Shown here in pieces: positions 1 to 7,322 of a stretch of DNA of 64,000 nt (position 1 is the stretch's first letter; the number at the start of each line of letters is the position of its first letter). The stretch is from Oscillospiraceae bacterium. Lineage in GTDB: Bacteria > Bacillota > Clostridia > Oscillospirales > Oscillospiraceae. The notes below the pieces were generated by a model. That model was not told the DNA's origin. It did no database searches and saw only the letters and a list, made by a program, of their open reading frames with translations. Position numbers and translations under genes: made by a program. The stretch spans positions 2,968 through 66,967 of the forward strand of contig JAFWDQ010000024.1 of NCBI GenBank assembly GCA_017516065.1, in the 5' to 3' direction.

Positions 1-404
1 TTCAGGGCGCTGATGAACAGGAAGTGGTTCTCGCCCAGAGACGCGCGGTAGGCGCGGATGCTCTCGGCGAACATGCGCTCGGCATCCTCATAGCGCTTCA
101 TGCGCCGGTAGAGGCCGGCGGTGTTGTTCACGGAGGTGGCGTAGTTGGGGCCGTCCTTCGTCTCGATCTCCGCCAGGATGTCATTGGCCTCCAGGAACGT
201 CTTCTCGGAATCCTCGTAGGCGCCGATATCCCGGTAGATGGTGCCCAGATCGTTCATCCAGGAGGTGTACTCCAGGCTCTTTTTACCGTACTCCTCCTCC
301 ACATAGTTGCCGTATTCCAGGGTCAGGGGCAGCAGCTTCGTGTAATCGCCCTCATGCTCGGCCTCTTCCAGCAGGGCCTCCAGCTCCTTGCGTCTGTCTC
401 CCAT
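1..404 (-). CDS. TPR-repeat protein, N-terminal part (gene continues past window start)
   Basis: Reverse-strand ATG at 402-404 preceded by AGGTGA. My translation, MGDRRKELEALLEEAEHEGDY...SWMNDLGTIYRDIGAYEDSEKTFLEANDIL...NNTAGLYRRMKRYEDAERMF, shows tandem TPR-like repeats. It is absent from the ORF track because there is no stop inside the window. Confidence 0.6.
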   Translation of the reverse strand, partial: MGDRRKELEALLEEAEHEGDYTKLLPLTLEYGNYVEEEYGKKSLEYTSWMNDLGTIYRDIGAYEDSEKTFLEANDILAEIETKDGPNYATSVNNTAGLYRRMKRYEDAERMFAESIRAYRASLGENHFLFISAL

Positions 405-630
405 CGTATAATCACCTGCTTCTTTCAATCTTCACGGTATTTCGGATACTGTTATGATACAGGCCAATTATACTCTATTGCTGTGGAAAAGGCAACAAGC
501 GGGCGGAATTTTGTGCCCGTTCCGGTCCTCCGGCTCCTGTTTTCGGACTCCGGAACCGCGGCTGCAGAAATCTTTGCAATCCGTGGGAAAATGTGCTATG
601 ATGAAAAAAATCTGCAAAGGATGGATCGTC

Positions 631-1074
631 ATGGAATATATCTCCCGCAGCGAGGGAGAAACGGAAGCTCTGGGGGCGCGGCTGGCAGGCCTGCTCTCCC
701 CCGGCGCCGTGGTGTCCCTGTACGGGGATCTGGGCGCCGGCAAGACGGCCTTTACCCGGGGCATCGCCCGGGGCCTGGGCATCACCGGCCGGGTCACCAG
801 CCCCACCTTCACCATCGTCAACGAGTACGAGGGCGAGCTGCCGCTGTTCCACTTCGACCTGTACCGGCTGGAGAGCGCCGAGGAGCTGTTCGATATCGGC
901 TGGGAGGACTATCTGGCCCGGAACGGCGTGTGCGTGGTGGAGTGGAGCGAGCGGGCCGACGATATTCTGTCCGCGGAGGGCTGTATCCGCGTGGAGCTCC
1001 TGCCCGGAGACGGGCCCGACTGCCGGACGATCCGTATCGAGGGGGTGCCTGCGCTTGAATATCCTGGCTCTTGA
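631..1074 (+). CDS. tsaE: tRNA threonylcarbamoyladenosine (t6A) biosynthesis ATPase TsaE
   Basis: Walker-type motif GDLGAGKTAFTRGIARGL, then SPTFTIVNEY and FHFDLYRL, which are typical TsaE/YjeE motifs. Start chosen at MEYISRSEG (147 aa, typical size). In-frame ATGs at 598 and 601 are alternatives. Confidence 0.85.
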   Translation: MEYISRSEGETEALGARLAGLLSPGAVVSLYGDLGAGKTAFTRGIARGLGITGRVTSPTFTIVNEYEGELPLFHFDLYRLESAEELFDIGWEDYLARNGVCVVEWSERADDILSAEGCIRVELLPGDGPDCRTIRIEGVPALEYPGS

Positions 1075-1771
1075 GTCCTCCGCCGTGGCCGCCTCCGCCG
1101 CCCTGACGTCGGAGGAGACCCCCATCGGCATTTACTATCAGAACAGCGGACAGACCCACAGCCGCACCCTGCTGCCCATGGTGCAGGCCCTGCTGGCCAA
1201 CTGCGACAAGTCTCTGGACGATGTGGACTGCATCGCCGTGGCCGTCGGCCCGGGCTCCTTTACTGGGCTGCGCATCGGCATCGCCGCCGCCAAGGGCCTG
1301 GCCTGGCCCGCCGGGAAGCCCTGCTGCGGCGTCTCCACCCTGGAGGCCATGGCCTGGAATCTCTGCCACATGGAGGGCGATCTCCTCTGCTGTGTCATGG
1401 ATGCCCGAAGAAATCAGGTCTACAACGCGCTGTTCGAGGCAAGGGAGGGCCGCCCCCTGCGGCTCTGCCCGGACCGGGCCGTCTCTCTGGAGGACCTTGC
1501 CGCAGAGCTCCCCGACGACGGAAGGACGGTGTGGCTCATCGGCGACGGCGCCGCACTCTGCGGCGCGGCGTTTTCCGGGCGGCCGGGGATCCGGCCGGCT
1601 CCGCCTCACCTGCGCTTTCAGAACGCCTGGGGCGTGGCCCGGGCGGCCCTGGACCTGGCCCGGAAGGGCGAGACCGTCACCGCAGAGGCCCTTGCCGCCG
1701 TTTATCTCCGCCTTCCTCAGGCGGAGCGGGAGCGGCTGGAGCGGCTGAAAAAACAAAAGGAAACGATGTGA
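1055..1771 (+). CDS. tsaB: t6A biosynthesis protein TsaB (YeaZ family)
   Basis: N-terminus MNILALESSAVAASAAL..., then VAVGPGSFTGLRIGIAAAKGLA, typical of TsaB. TTG start overlaps the tsaE stop, suggesting translational coupling. Confidence 0.85.
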   Translation: MNILALESSAVAASAALTSEETPIGIYYQNSGQTHSRTLLPMVQALLANCDKSLDDVDCIAVAVGPGSFTGLRIGIAAAKGLAWPAGKPCCGVSTLEAMAWNLCHMEGDLLCCVMDARRNQVYNALFEAREGRPLRLCPDRAVSLEDLAAELPDDGRTVWLIGDGAALCGAAFSGRPGIRPAPPHLRFQNAWGVARAALDLARKGETVTAEALAAVYLRLPQAERERLERLKKQKETM

Positions 1772-1790
1772 CTGAAAGGAGCGTCTGACA

Positions 1791-2429
1791 ATGGAGACAA
1801 TGGAAATGGTGCATATCCTCGACCACCCCCTGCTGCAGCACAAGCTGTCCATTCTGCGCAATAAGGAGACCAGTGTCAAGGACTTCCGTCAGCTGGTATC
1901 CGAGATCTCCACCCTGATGTGCTACGAGGCCACCCGGGACCTGCCTCTCATCGAGGTGGAGGTGGAGACGCCTCTGGCCACGACCAAGGTCAACCGTCTG
2001 GGCGGCAAAAAGCTGGCCATCGTCCCCATTCTCCGGGCCGGACTCGGCATGGTGGACGGCATCCTCAATCTGATCCCCTCCGCCCGGGTGGGTCATATCG
2101 GCCTGTACCGGGACCCGGAATCTCTGGCGCCCGTGGAGTACTACTGCAAGATGCCTGCGGATATCTTTGACCGCAGGGCCATCATCGTCGATCCCATGCT
2201 GGCAACCGGCGGCAGCGCCATCGCCGCCATCCAGTTCCTCAAGGGCTACGGCTGTCAGGATATCAAGCTGATGAACATCATCGCCGCGCCGGAGGGCATT
2301 CGGGCCGTCCGGGAAGCCCATCCCGACATCCCCATCTACTGCGCCCATGTGGACGACTGCCTCAACGAACACGGCTACATCGTTCCCGGCCTGGGCGATG
2401 CCGGCGACCGTATCTTCGGCACAAAATAA
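1791..2429 (+). CDS. upp: uracil phosphoribosyltransferase
   Basis: [29 protein letters not shown]... and the PRPP-binding loop [20 protein letters not shown] lies upstream. In-frame ATGs at 1800 and 1806 are alternatives. Confidence 0.93.
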   Translation: METMEMVHILDHPLLQHKLSILRNKETSVKDFRQLVSEISTLMCYEATRDLPLIEVEVETPLATTKVNRLGGKKLAIVPILRAGLGMVDGILNLIPSARVGHIGLYRDPESLAPVEYYCKMPADIFDRRAIIVDPMLATGGSAIAAIQFLKGYGCQDIKLMNIIAAPEGIRAVREAHPDIPIYCAHVDDCLNEHGYIVPGLGDAGDRIFGTK

Positions 2430-2432
2430 ACT

Positions 2433-2470
2433 AAAAAAAAGACCGCAGACGGTGTCTGCGGTCTTTTTTT
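2433..2470. terminator. bidirectional intrinsic terminator between upp and the convergent membrane-protein gene
   Basis: A-run, then GACCGCAGAC-GGT-GTCTGCGGTC (2441-2463), then a T-run. Confidence 0.8.
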
Positions 2471-2474
2471 GTTC

Positions 2475-2873
2475 TCAGTATTTCCGTCTCAGGATCAGAT
2501 AGCTGATCCAGTAGATCGCCACCATCGCCGCAACAAGGAGACCGCAGGCGGTGGAATACGCGTCCTGCCCCAGAGCCCGGAACACCACCGTGCCGCAGGC
2601 CGCCGCCAGGATGGAGATATACATCGTCCAGCTGCGGGCCTTCTCCGCCAGAAACCGGTTGCGCTCGTCCCCGTACCGCACGTCGACCTTCTGCGCATAC
2701 GTCTCGTTTTTCCGGTAAAACAGCAGCATCGCCAGCCGGATCACCGCCATCACGGCGAGAGCGGCGCCCAATCCGCACCAGTAGCTGTCCAGCTCCGCCA
2801 GCCAGCCTGTCAGAAACAGCGCCGCGCCGACGCAAAACTCGATCACATAACCGAGCGTCCTCCTGTTTTTCAT
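2475..2873 (-). CDS. small multi-pass membrane protein co-transcribed with the XRE regulator
   Basis: 132 aa with about 4 hydrophobic helices (FCVGAALFLTGWL, LGAALAVMAVIRLAMLLF, MYISILAAACGTVVF, LLVAAMVAIYWISYLIL). Its start overlaps the stop of the upstream XRE gene by 4 nt. Confidence 0.6.
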   Translation of the reverse strand: MKNRRTLGYVIEFCVGAALFLTGWLAELDSYWCGLGAALAVMAVIRLAMLLFYRKNETYAQKVDVRYGDERNRFLAEKARSWTMYISILAAACGTVVFRALGQDAYSTACGLLVAAMVAIYWISYLILRRKY

Positions 2874-3073
2874 GACTTATCCTCCTCAAATACGAAGATA
2901 TCCTCGATCCGTCTGCCGAAGCACACGGCCAGCTTATGGGCCAGCGTCAGCGAGGGGTTGTAGCGCCCGTTCTCCAGCGAGATGATCGTCTGCCGGGAGA
3001 CGCCGGTCCGCTCCGCCAGCTCCTGCTGGGTCATGCCCAGCTCTCTGCGATATGCGCCGATGCGGTTTTCCAT
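2870..3073 (-). CDS. XRE-family helix-turn-helix transcriptional regulator (67 aa)
   Basis: MTQQELAERTGVSRQTIISLENGRYNPSLTLAHKLA is a canonical Cro/C1 HTH. Confidence 0.9.
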   Translation of the reverse strand: MENRIGAYRRELGMTQQELAERTGVSRQTIISLENGRYNPSLTLAHKLAVCFGRRIEDIFVFEEDKS

Positions 3074-3094
3074 CCTCTCCCCTCTCTTTCGCCC

Positions 3095-3160
3095 ATGTCA
3101 AGTTCCCTTTACATGCGCAGGATACCACCGTCCGGGCAAAATGTCAAGCTTATTTTACAT
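3095..3160 (-). promoter_or_regulatory. promoter plus two 20-bp operator-like inverted repeats of the XRE operon
   Basis: ATGTCAAGttccctTTACAT (3095-3114) and ATGTCAAGcttattTTACAT (3141-3160). On the minus strand, TTGACA (3142-3147) is followed by 17 nt and then TATCCT (3119-3124). Confidence 0.5.
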
Positions 3161-3400
3161 TTTGCGCAAAAAATTTTTTTGTTTGGACGGGACCGCGCGC
3201 CTTGCCGCCGGACAACAGAAAAGCGCCGTCCCCTGGCGGGACGGCGCTGATCAGAAGGTTGACGAAAAGCGGCTGCCTCTCGCTTTTCGCCTCATGAAAA
3301 AAGAAATGGAGAAACAGAATGAAAAGAAACTTCTTCTTAATCTGTTTGTATCATACACAGGGAAGATTAAGAAAGTTCAAGGGAAATTATTAAGAAAGTT

Positions 3401-3850
3401 TTAAGTTTTTCGTCTTTTTCGGAAAAAATCTGCCAAAATACCGCTGCACTCGGCCTCCAGCAGGCCCCCCTGAATGGCGGGGCCTCCGGTGAAGCCCTCC
3501 ATGAACAGGTTCAGCACGCCGCCGCAGGCGCCGGCCTGCCGGTCACGTGCGCCGAAATAGACCGCCCCCACCCGGGCGTTGTAGATGGCCCCGGCGCACA
3601 TGGGGCAGGGCTCCAGCGTCGTGTACAGGGCCACGTCCTTCAGGCGCCAGCGGTCCAGGGTCCGGGACGCCTCCGCCATGGCCTCCATCTCCGCGTGGGC
3701 CTGTGCGTCCTTCCGTTTCTCCTGACGGTTGCGGCCCCAGCCCACCACACGGCCGCCGCAGACGGCCACGCAGCCTACCGGCACCTCGCCGTCCGCCGCC
3801 GCCTGCCGGGCCATGGCAAGGGCCAGGCGCATATAGTCCTCGTGTTCCAT
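3401..3850 (-). CDS. tadA: tRNA-specific adenosine(34) deaminase
   Basis: Zinc motifs HAEMEA and PCPMCAGA. ATG at 3850 is preceded by AAAGGAGCGGAG. The ORF-track start at 3874 is a TTG with no RBS. Confidence 0.9.
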   Translation of the reverse strand: MEHEDYMRLALAMARQAAADGEVPVGCVAVCGGRVVGWGRNRQEKRKDAQAHAEMEAMAEASRTLDRWRLKDVALYTTLEPCPMCAGAIYNARVGAVYFGARDRQAGACGGVLNLFMEGFTGGPAIQGGLLEAECSGILADFFRKRRKT

Positions 3851-3876
3851 TTCTCCGCTCCTTTTCCGTTTCAATC

Positions 3877-3906
3877 AAAAAGCGGCAGGATATTCCTGCC
3901 CGCTTC
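3877..3906 (-). terminator. terminator-type hairpin, near-duplicate of the corA terminator
   Basis: AGCGGCAGGA-TAT-TCCTGCCCGCT with a flanking A-run/T-run. About 26 nt upstream of the tadA ATG on the minus strand. Confidence 0.5.
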
Positions 3907-4096
3907 AGGCCGAAAACTCCGCCTCGCAGAGTTCGCGGCGCGCTCGCCGCGAAAAATTTCGGATCGTTTTTTCCGGGAGCATGTATCACGGAAAAAACAC
4001 TTCTCGCGGAGCGTCGTGCGGGCTTCGCCCGTGCGAAAGCGAAGCGCAGGCTTTTTCAAACCGAAAACCAGCGCAGCGTTTTCGGTTTGACATGCT
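3907..4096 (+). repeat. mosaic palindromic intergenic repeat, copy A
   Basis: Modules: m1 GCCTCGCAGAGTTCGCGGCGCGCTCGCCGCGAA (3921-3953); U-hairpin GGATCGTTTTTTCCG-N13-CGGAAAAAACAC (3961-4000); m4 AAACCGAAAACCAGCGCAGCGTTTTCGGTTT (4058-4088). All recur at 13668-13863. Most of them recur inverted at 33211-33385 and 45355-45435. Confidence 0.85.
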
Positions 4097-4128
4097 TAAA
4101 AGCGGGCAGGATAATCCTGCCCGCTTTC
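4097..4128 (-). terminator. intrinsic terminator of corA
   Basis: AGCGGGCAGGA-TAA-TCCTGCCCGCT (4101-4125), followed on the minus strand by a U-run. Confidence 0.75.
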
Positions 4129-4134
4129 ATATGT

Positions 4135-5073
4135 TCAGAACAGATCCTTCTTTTTCAGAAGGACCGCCACGATGGCGATGATCACCAGCGCCAGAACGAT
4201 CGGGAACCACGCTGTTGGGATCGGCAGCCCCCGGACGTTCATGCCGTAATAGCTGAATATGATCGTAGGGACCGTAAGGAGGATCGTGATGCTGGTGAGC
4301 ACCTTCATGATCACATTGAGGTTGTTGGAGATCACGGACGCGTAGGCGTCCATCATGCCGGAGAGGATGGAGCTGTAGATATTCGCCATCTCGATGGCCT
4401 GCCGGATCTCGATGAGCACATCCTCCAGCAGGTCCTGATCTTCCTCGTACAGAGTGATCACACGGCCCCGGAGCAGCTTCTCCAGGGTCACCTCGTCGGC
4501 CTTCAGCGAGGTGTTGAAATAGACCAGGGACTTCTCCAGGTCCAGCAGACGGATCAGCTCCCGGTTGCGCTGGGAGCGGTACAGCCGCATCTGCATGGCC
4601 GTAGAGAGCTTGTCGATCTGTTTCAGGCAGTACAGATACCGGGCCGACATACGCAGCAGGATCTGGAAGATAAAATTCGTCCGTCTGCTCGTCTTTGCGT
4701 TTTTGATTTTGCCCTCTTCAAAATCCCGGAGAATCTGTGTGTCCTTCAGACAGACGGTAATGATATTCTCCTCCGTGACCAGGATACCCATAGGCAGCGT
4801 AAAATAACTGTTATCCAGGGCATTCGGGTTCTCCCAGTCCTCTTCCATGGGAATATCGATGATGATGAGAGTCTGCCCCTCTTCCACATCCACATGGGAG
4901 GTCTCCTCCTCATCCAGTGCGGCACGGAGGAAGTCCGGCTCGATCTCAGGCAGCGCTTCCAGCACCTGAGCCAGCTCCTCCTCGGTGGGGTCGATCAGAT
5001 TGATCCAGCAGTTGCTCTCAATGTCGGTGAATCTCTCCAGCTTGCCATTCACCGTCTTGTTGATACGGAGCAT
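4135..5073 (-). CDS. corA: CorA-family magnesium/cobalt transporter
   Basis: YGMNV (GMN motif) between two C-terminal TM helices, with a long acidic N-terminal cytoplasmic domain. Confidence 0.9.
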   Translation of the reverse strand: MLRINKTVNGKLERFTDIESNCWINLIDPTEEELAQVLEALPEIEPDFLRAALDEEETSHVDVEEGQTLIIIDIPMEEDWENPNALDNSYFTLPMGILVTEENIITVCLKDTQILRDFEEGKIKNAKTSRRTNFIFQILLRMSARYLYCLKQIDKLSTAMQMRLYRSQRNRELIRLLDLEKSLVYFNTSLKADEVTLEKLLRGRVITLYEEDQDLLEDVLIEIRQAIEMANIYSSILSGMMDAYASVISNNLNVIMKVLTSITILLTVPTIIFSYYGMNVRGLPIPTAWFPIVLALVIIAIVAVLLKKKDLF

Positions 5074-5272
5074 GAGACAACACGCCTTTCGGACGGCAGG
5101 CTCCGACGGGAGACAGAGTCACTGCCTCCTGCGGCTGTACCGTTTATTCCGCCAGGCGTGCATGCTCAGGAGAATATGCCGTCCCGGCGGTGAGTGATTT
5201 TCTACTGAACGGGTCCGCTGACACGGCATATTTCACTTCCTTGTATGTGAATTGTGAGGCTGCGCTTCGCGC

Positions 5273-6415
5273 TTATTTCTTATTGAAGAGCTTGAAGATG
5301 TCGTCAAAGGGATCGTCGCTGGGCGCCGACTGCTCTTCGGCATTGTAAGGCGCGTCCACGGGATCCAGGTCTTCGCCGGACAGGAACGACGGCACGGCGG
5401 GTGCGGAGGCCGCAGCGCGATAGCCGTCGGAGAAGGGCTTCGCGGCAGGCTTCTTGTCCTCCTGATCAAAGCCGGTGGCGATGACGGTGACGCTGATCTC
5501 ATCCTCCATGGTCTCGTCAAAGGCGGCGCCGAAGATGATATTGGCATCCTCGTTGGCGGCCTGCTGGACCATGCTGACAGCGACCTCGACCTCTTCCAGG
5601 CCGATGTCCACGCTGCCGGTGACGTTGATCAGAACGCCCTTGGCGCCGTTGATGGACGTCTCCAGCAGAGGACTGGAGATGGCCATGCGGGCGGCTTCCT
5701 CTGCCTTGTTCTTGCCGGTGGCACGGCCCACGCCCATATGCGCCAGGCCCGCGCCCTTCATGATGGCGGTGACGTCGGCAAAGTCCAGGTTGATGACGCC
5801 GTTGTTGGTGATCAGATCGGCAATGCTCTGCACTGCCTGCTTGAGCACGTCGTCCGCGATCTCAAAGGCGTTGGAGAACGTGATCTTCTGATCCGTAGCG
5901 TGCTTGAGCCGCTCGTTGGGGATGATGACAAGGGCGTCCACTCGGGTGCGAAGTTCCTCGATGCCCTTCAGCGCCTGCTCCATGCGGTGCTTGCCCTCAA
6001 AGGCGAAAGGCTTGGTCACCACGCCGACGGTGAGGATGCCCATCTCCCGGGCCACCTCAGCCACGATGGGTGCGCCGCCGGTGCCGGTGCCGCCGCCCAT
6101 GCCGGCAGTGATAAAGACCATATCGGTGCCCTCCAGCGCCTTGGCCAGCTGGCTGCGGCTCTCCTCGGCGGACTTGCGTCCCACCTCGGGATCCGAGCCG
6201 GCGCCCTGTCCCTTGGTCAGCTTTTCACCGACCTGGATCTTATAGGTCGCGCTGGAGACAGACAGTGCCTGCTTGTCCGTATTGACTGCGATAAAATCTG
6301 CGCTGTTCACGCCCGCATTTACCATGCGGTTCACCACGTTGTTACCGCCGCCGCCAATTCCCAGTACTTTGATCGAAACGACGGTTTCGGGTGTCGTATC
6401 CAGGCCAAATGCCAT
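5273..6415 (-). CDS. ftsZ: cell division GTPase FtsZ
   Basis: Tubulin signature GMGGGTGTGGAPIVA and N-terminus IKVLGIGGGGNNVVNRM. Confidence 0.98.
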   Translation of the reverse strand: MAFGLDTTPETVVSIKVLGIGGGGNNVVNRMVNAGVNSADFIAVNTDKQALSVSSATYKIQVGEKLTKGQGAGSDPEVGRKSAEESRSQLAKALEGTDMVFITAGMGGGTGTGGAPIVAEVAREMGILTVGVVTKPFAFEGKHRMEQALKGIEELRTRVDALVIIPNERLKHATDQKITFSNAFEIADDVLKQAVQSIADLITNNGVINLDFADVTAIMKGAGLAHMGVGRATGKNKAEEAARMAISSPLLETSINGAKGVLINVTGSVDIGLEEVEVAVSMVQQAANEDANIIFGAAFDETMEDEISVTVIATGFDQEDKKPAAKPFSDGYRAAASAPAVPSFLSGEDLDPVDAPYNAEEQSAPSDDPFDDIFKLFNKK

Positions 6416-6504
6416 GATCGTCCCTCCTGCAACTTATTCTTTCAGGCGCGGGTCCGCATGCTTCGCGCCCATGGTATACTTGTTGACTATTTTGCTATTT
6501 TACT

Positions 6505-6542
6505 ATTGTAAATGACTTTGCGCCATGGGTCAAGTCCCATGG
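6505..6542 (-). promoter_or_regulatory. sigma-A type promoter of ftsZ with a palindrome over the -35
   Basis: Minus strand: TTGACC (6528-6533), 17 nt, TACAAT (6505-6510). CCATGGG-N6-CCCATGG (6523-6542) is centred on the -35. Confidence 0.55.
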
Positions 6543-6551
6543 AAAAAAAAG

Positions 6552-7322
6552 TTACGAAATCTGCGTGGGAATGAAATGCGCCTCGTTTCTTGTCAGGTCG
6601 ATCCGGCCGGTTTCCGTGGATTCCAGCTGTGCCGCCACGCTCTTCAGGTACCGCATCTTATAGTCCAGATCGCTCTGGGCGGGCACCAGCACGGTGAAAC
6701 GGCCGCCCCAGTCGAAGATCAGGGTGCCGGGATCGGCACAGTTGATGCCGGAGACCTGGGCGAGCATATCGTGCCGCTCCAGCTCCTGCAGCAGCACCTG
6801 CAGATACTGGAACTGCTCCTGCTGGCTGTCCGCCACGACCAGCGTCTTTCCCACGGCGCTCCCCTCCTGGGCGGTGAGGCCCTCCACCCAGGGGCCGGAG
6901 CCCACCAGCTGGTCGATGGGCGTGTAGTCCATCACCTTGCCGTAGGGATCGATGACCCACAGCGCCGTGCCGTCGTAGATCAGGCCCCCGATGGGCGACT
7001 CGTGGAGGGTGATGCGCAGGGTGTCCGGCAGGACCCGCTTCACCGTGGCGCTGTGCACATAGGGCAGATTCCGTACGATCGCCTGCTCCGTGGCCGTCTT
7101 GTTGAGCAGCAGGAGATTGTCGTTCTGCCGCACACCGCAGGCCTCGGCCACCTGGCTGGCCGTATAGCGGGACGCGCCCTCCACGTCGATCCGCTCGGCC
7201 TTGAGCAGGTATACACAGCCGGCCAGGATCGCAATGACCACGATGGCCATCGAGATGCCCCGGAGAAACTTCCGCCCGCCGGTCCGTTTTCGTCTGTATC
7301 GCCGTCCGCGCTGCTCAGCCAC
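6552..7322 (-). CDS. ftsQ: cell division protein FtsQ/DivIB (POTRA domain)
   Basis: Basic N-terminus, single TM helix (ISMAIVVIAILAGCVYLL), then a POTRA-like IDVEGASRYTASQVAEACGV. Sits between murA and ftsZ. Confidence 0.8.
   Translation of the reverse strand: MAEQRGRRYRRKRTGGRKFLRGISMAIVVIAILAGCVYLLKAERIDVEGASRYTASQVAEACGVRQNDNLLLLNKTATEQAIVRNLPYVHSATVKRVLPDTLRITLHESPIGGLIYDGTALWVIDPYGKVMDYTPIDQLVGSGPWVEGLTAQEGSAVGKTLVVADSQQEQFQYLQVLLQELERHDMLAQVSGINCADPGTLIFDWGGRFTVLVPAQSDLDYKMRYLKSVAAQLESTETGRIDLTRNEAHFIPTQIS

Noticed and set aside
24-1058. 344-aa plus-strand ORF at the window start.
   Set aside because: Its first 380 nt are antisense to a TPR protein that has a proper RBS. The rest is an alternative frame of tsaE. 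No domain is recognisable.
3074-3400. Looked for SRP (4.5S/scRNA) RNA downstream of tadA, where it lies in Bacillus.
   Set aside because: The conserved domain IV core (GGUCCGGAAGGAAGCAGCC with a GGAA tetraloop) is not present on either strand. There is only a loose resemblance, GUCCGGCGGCAAGGCGC.
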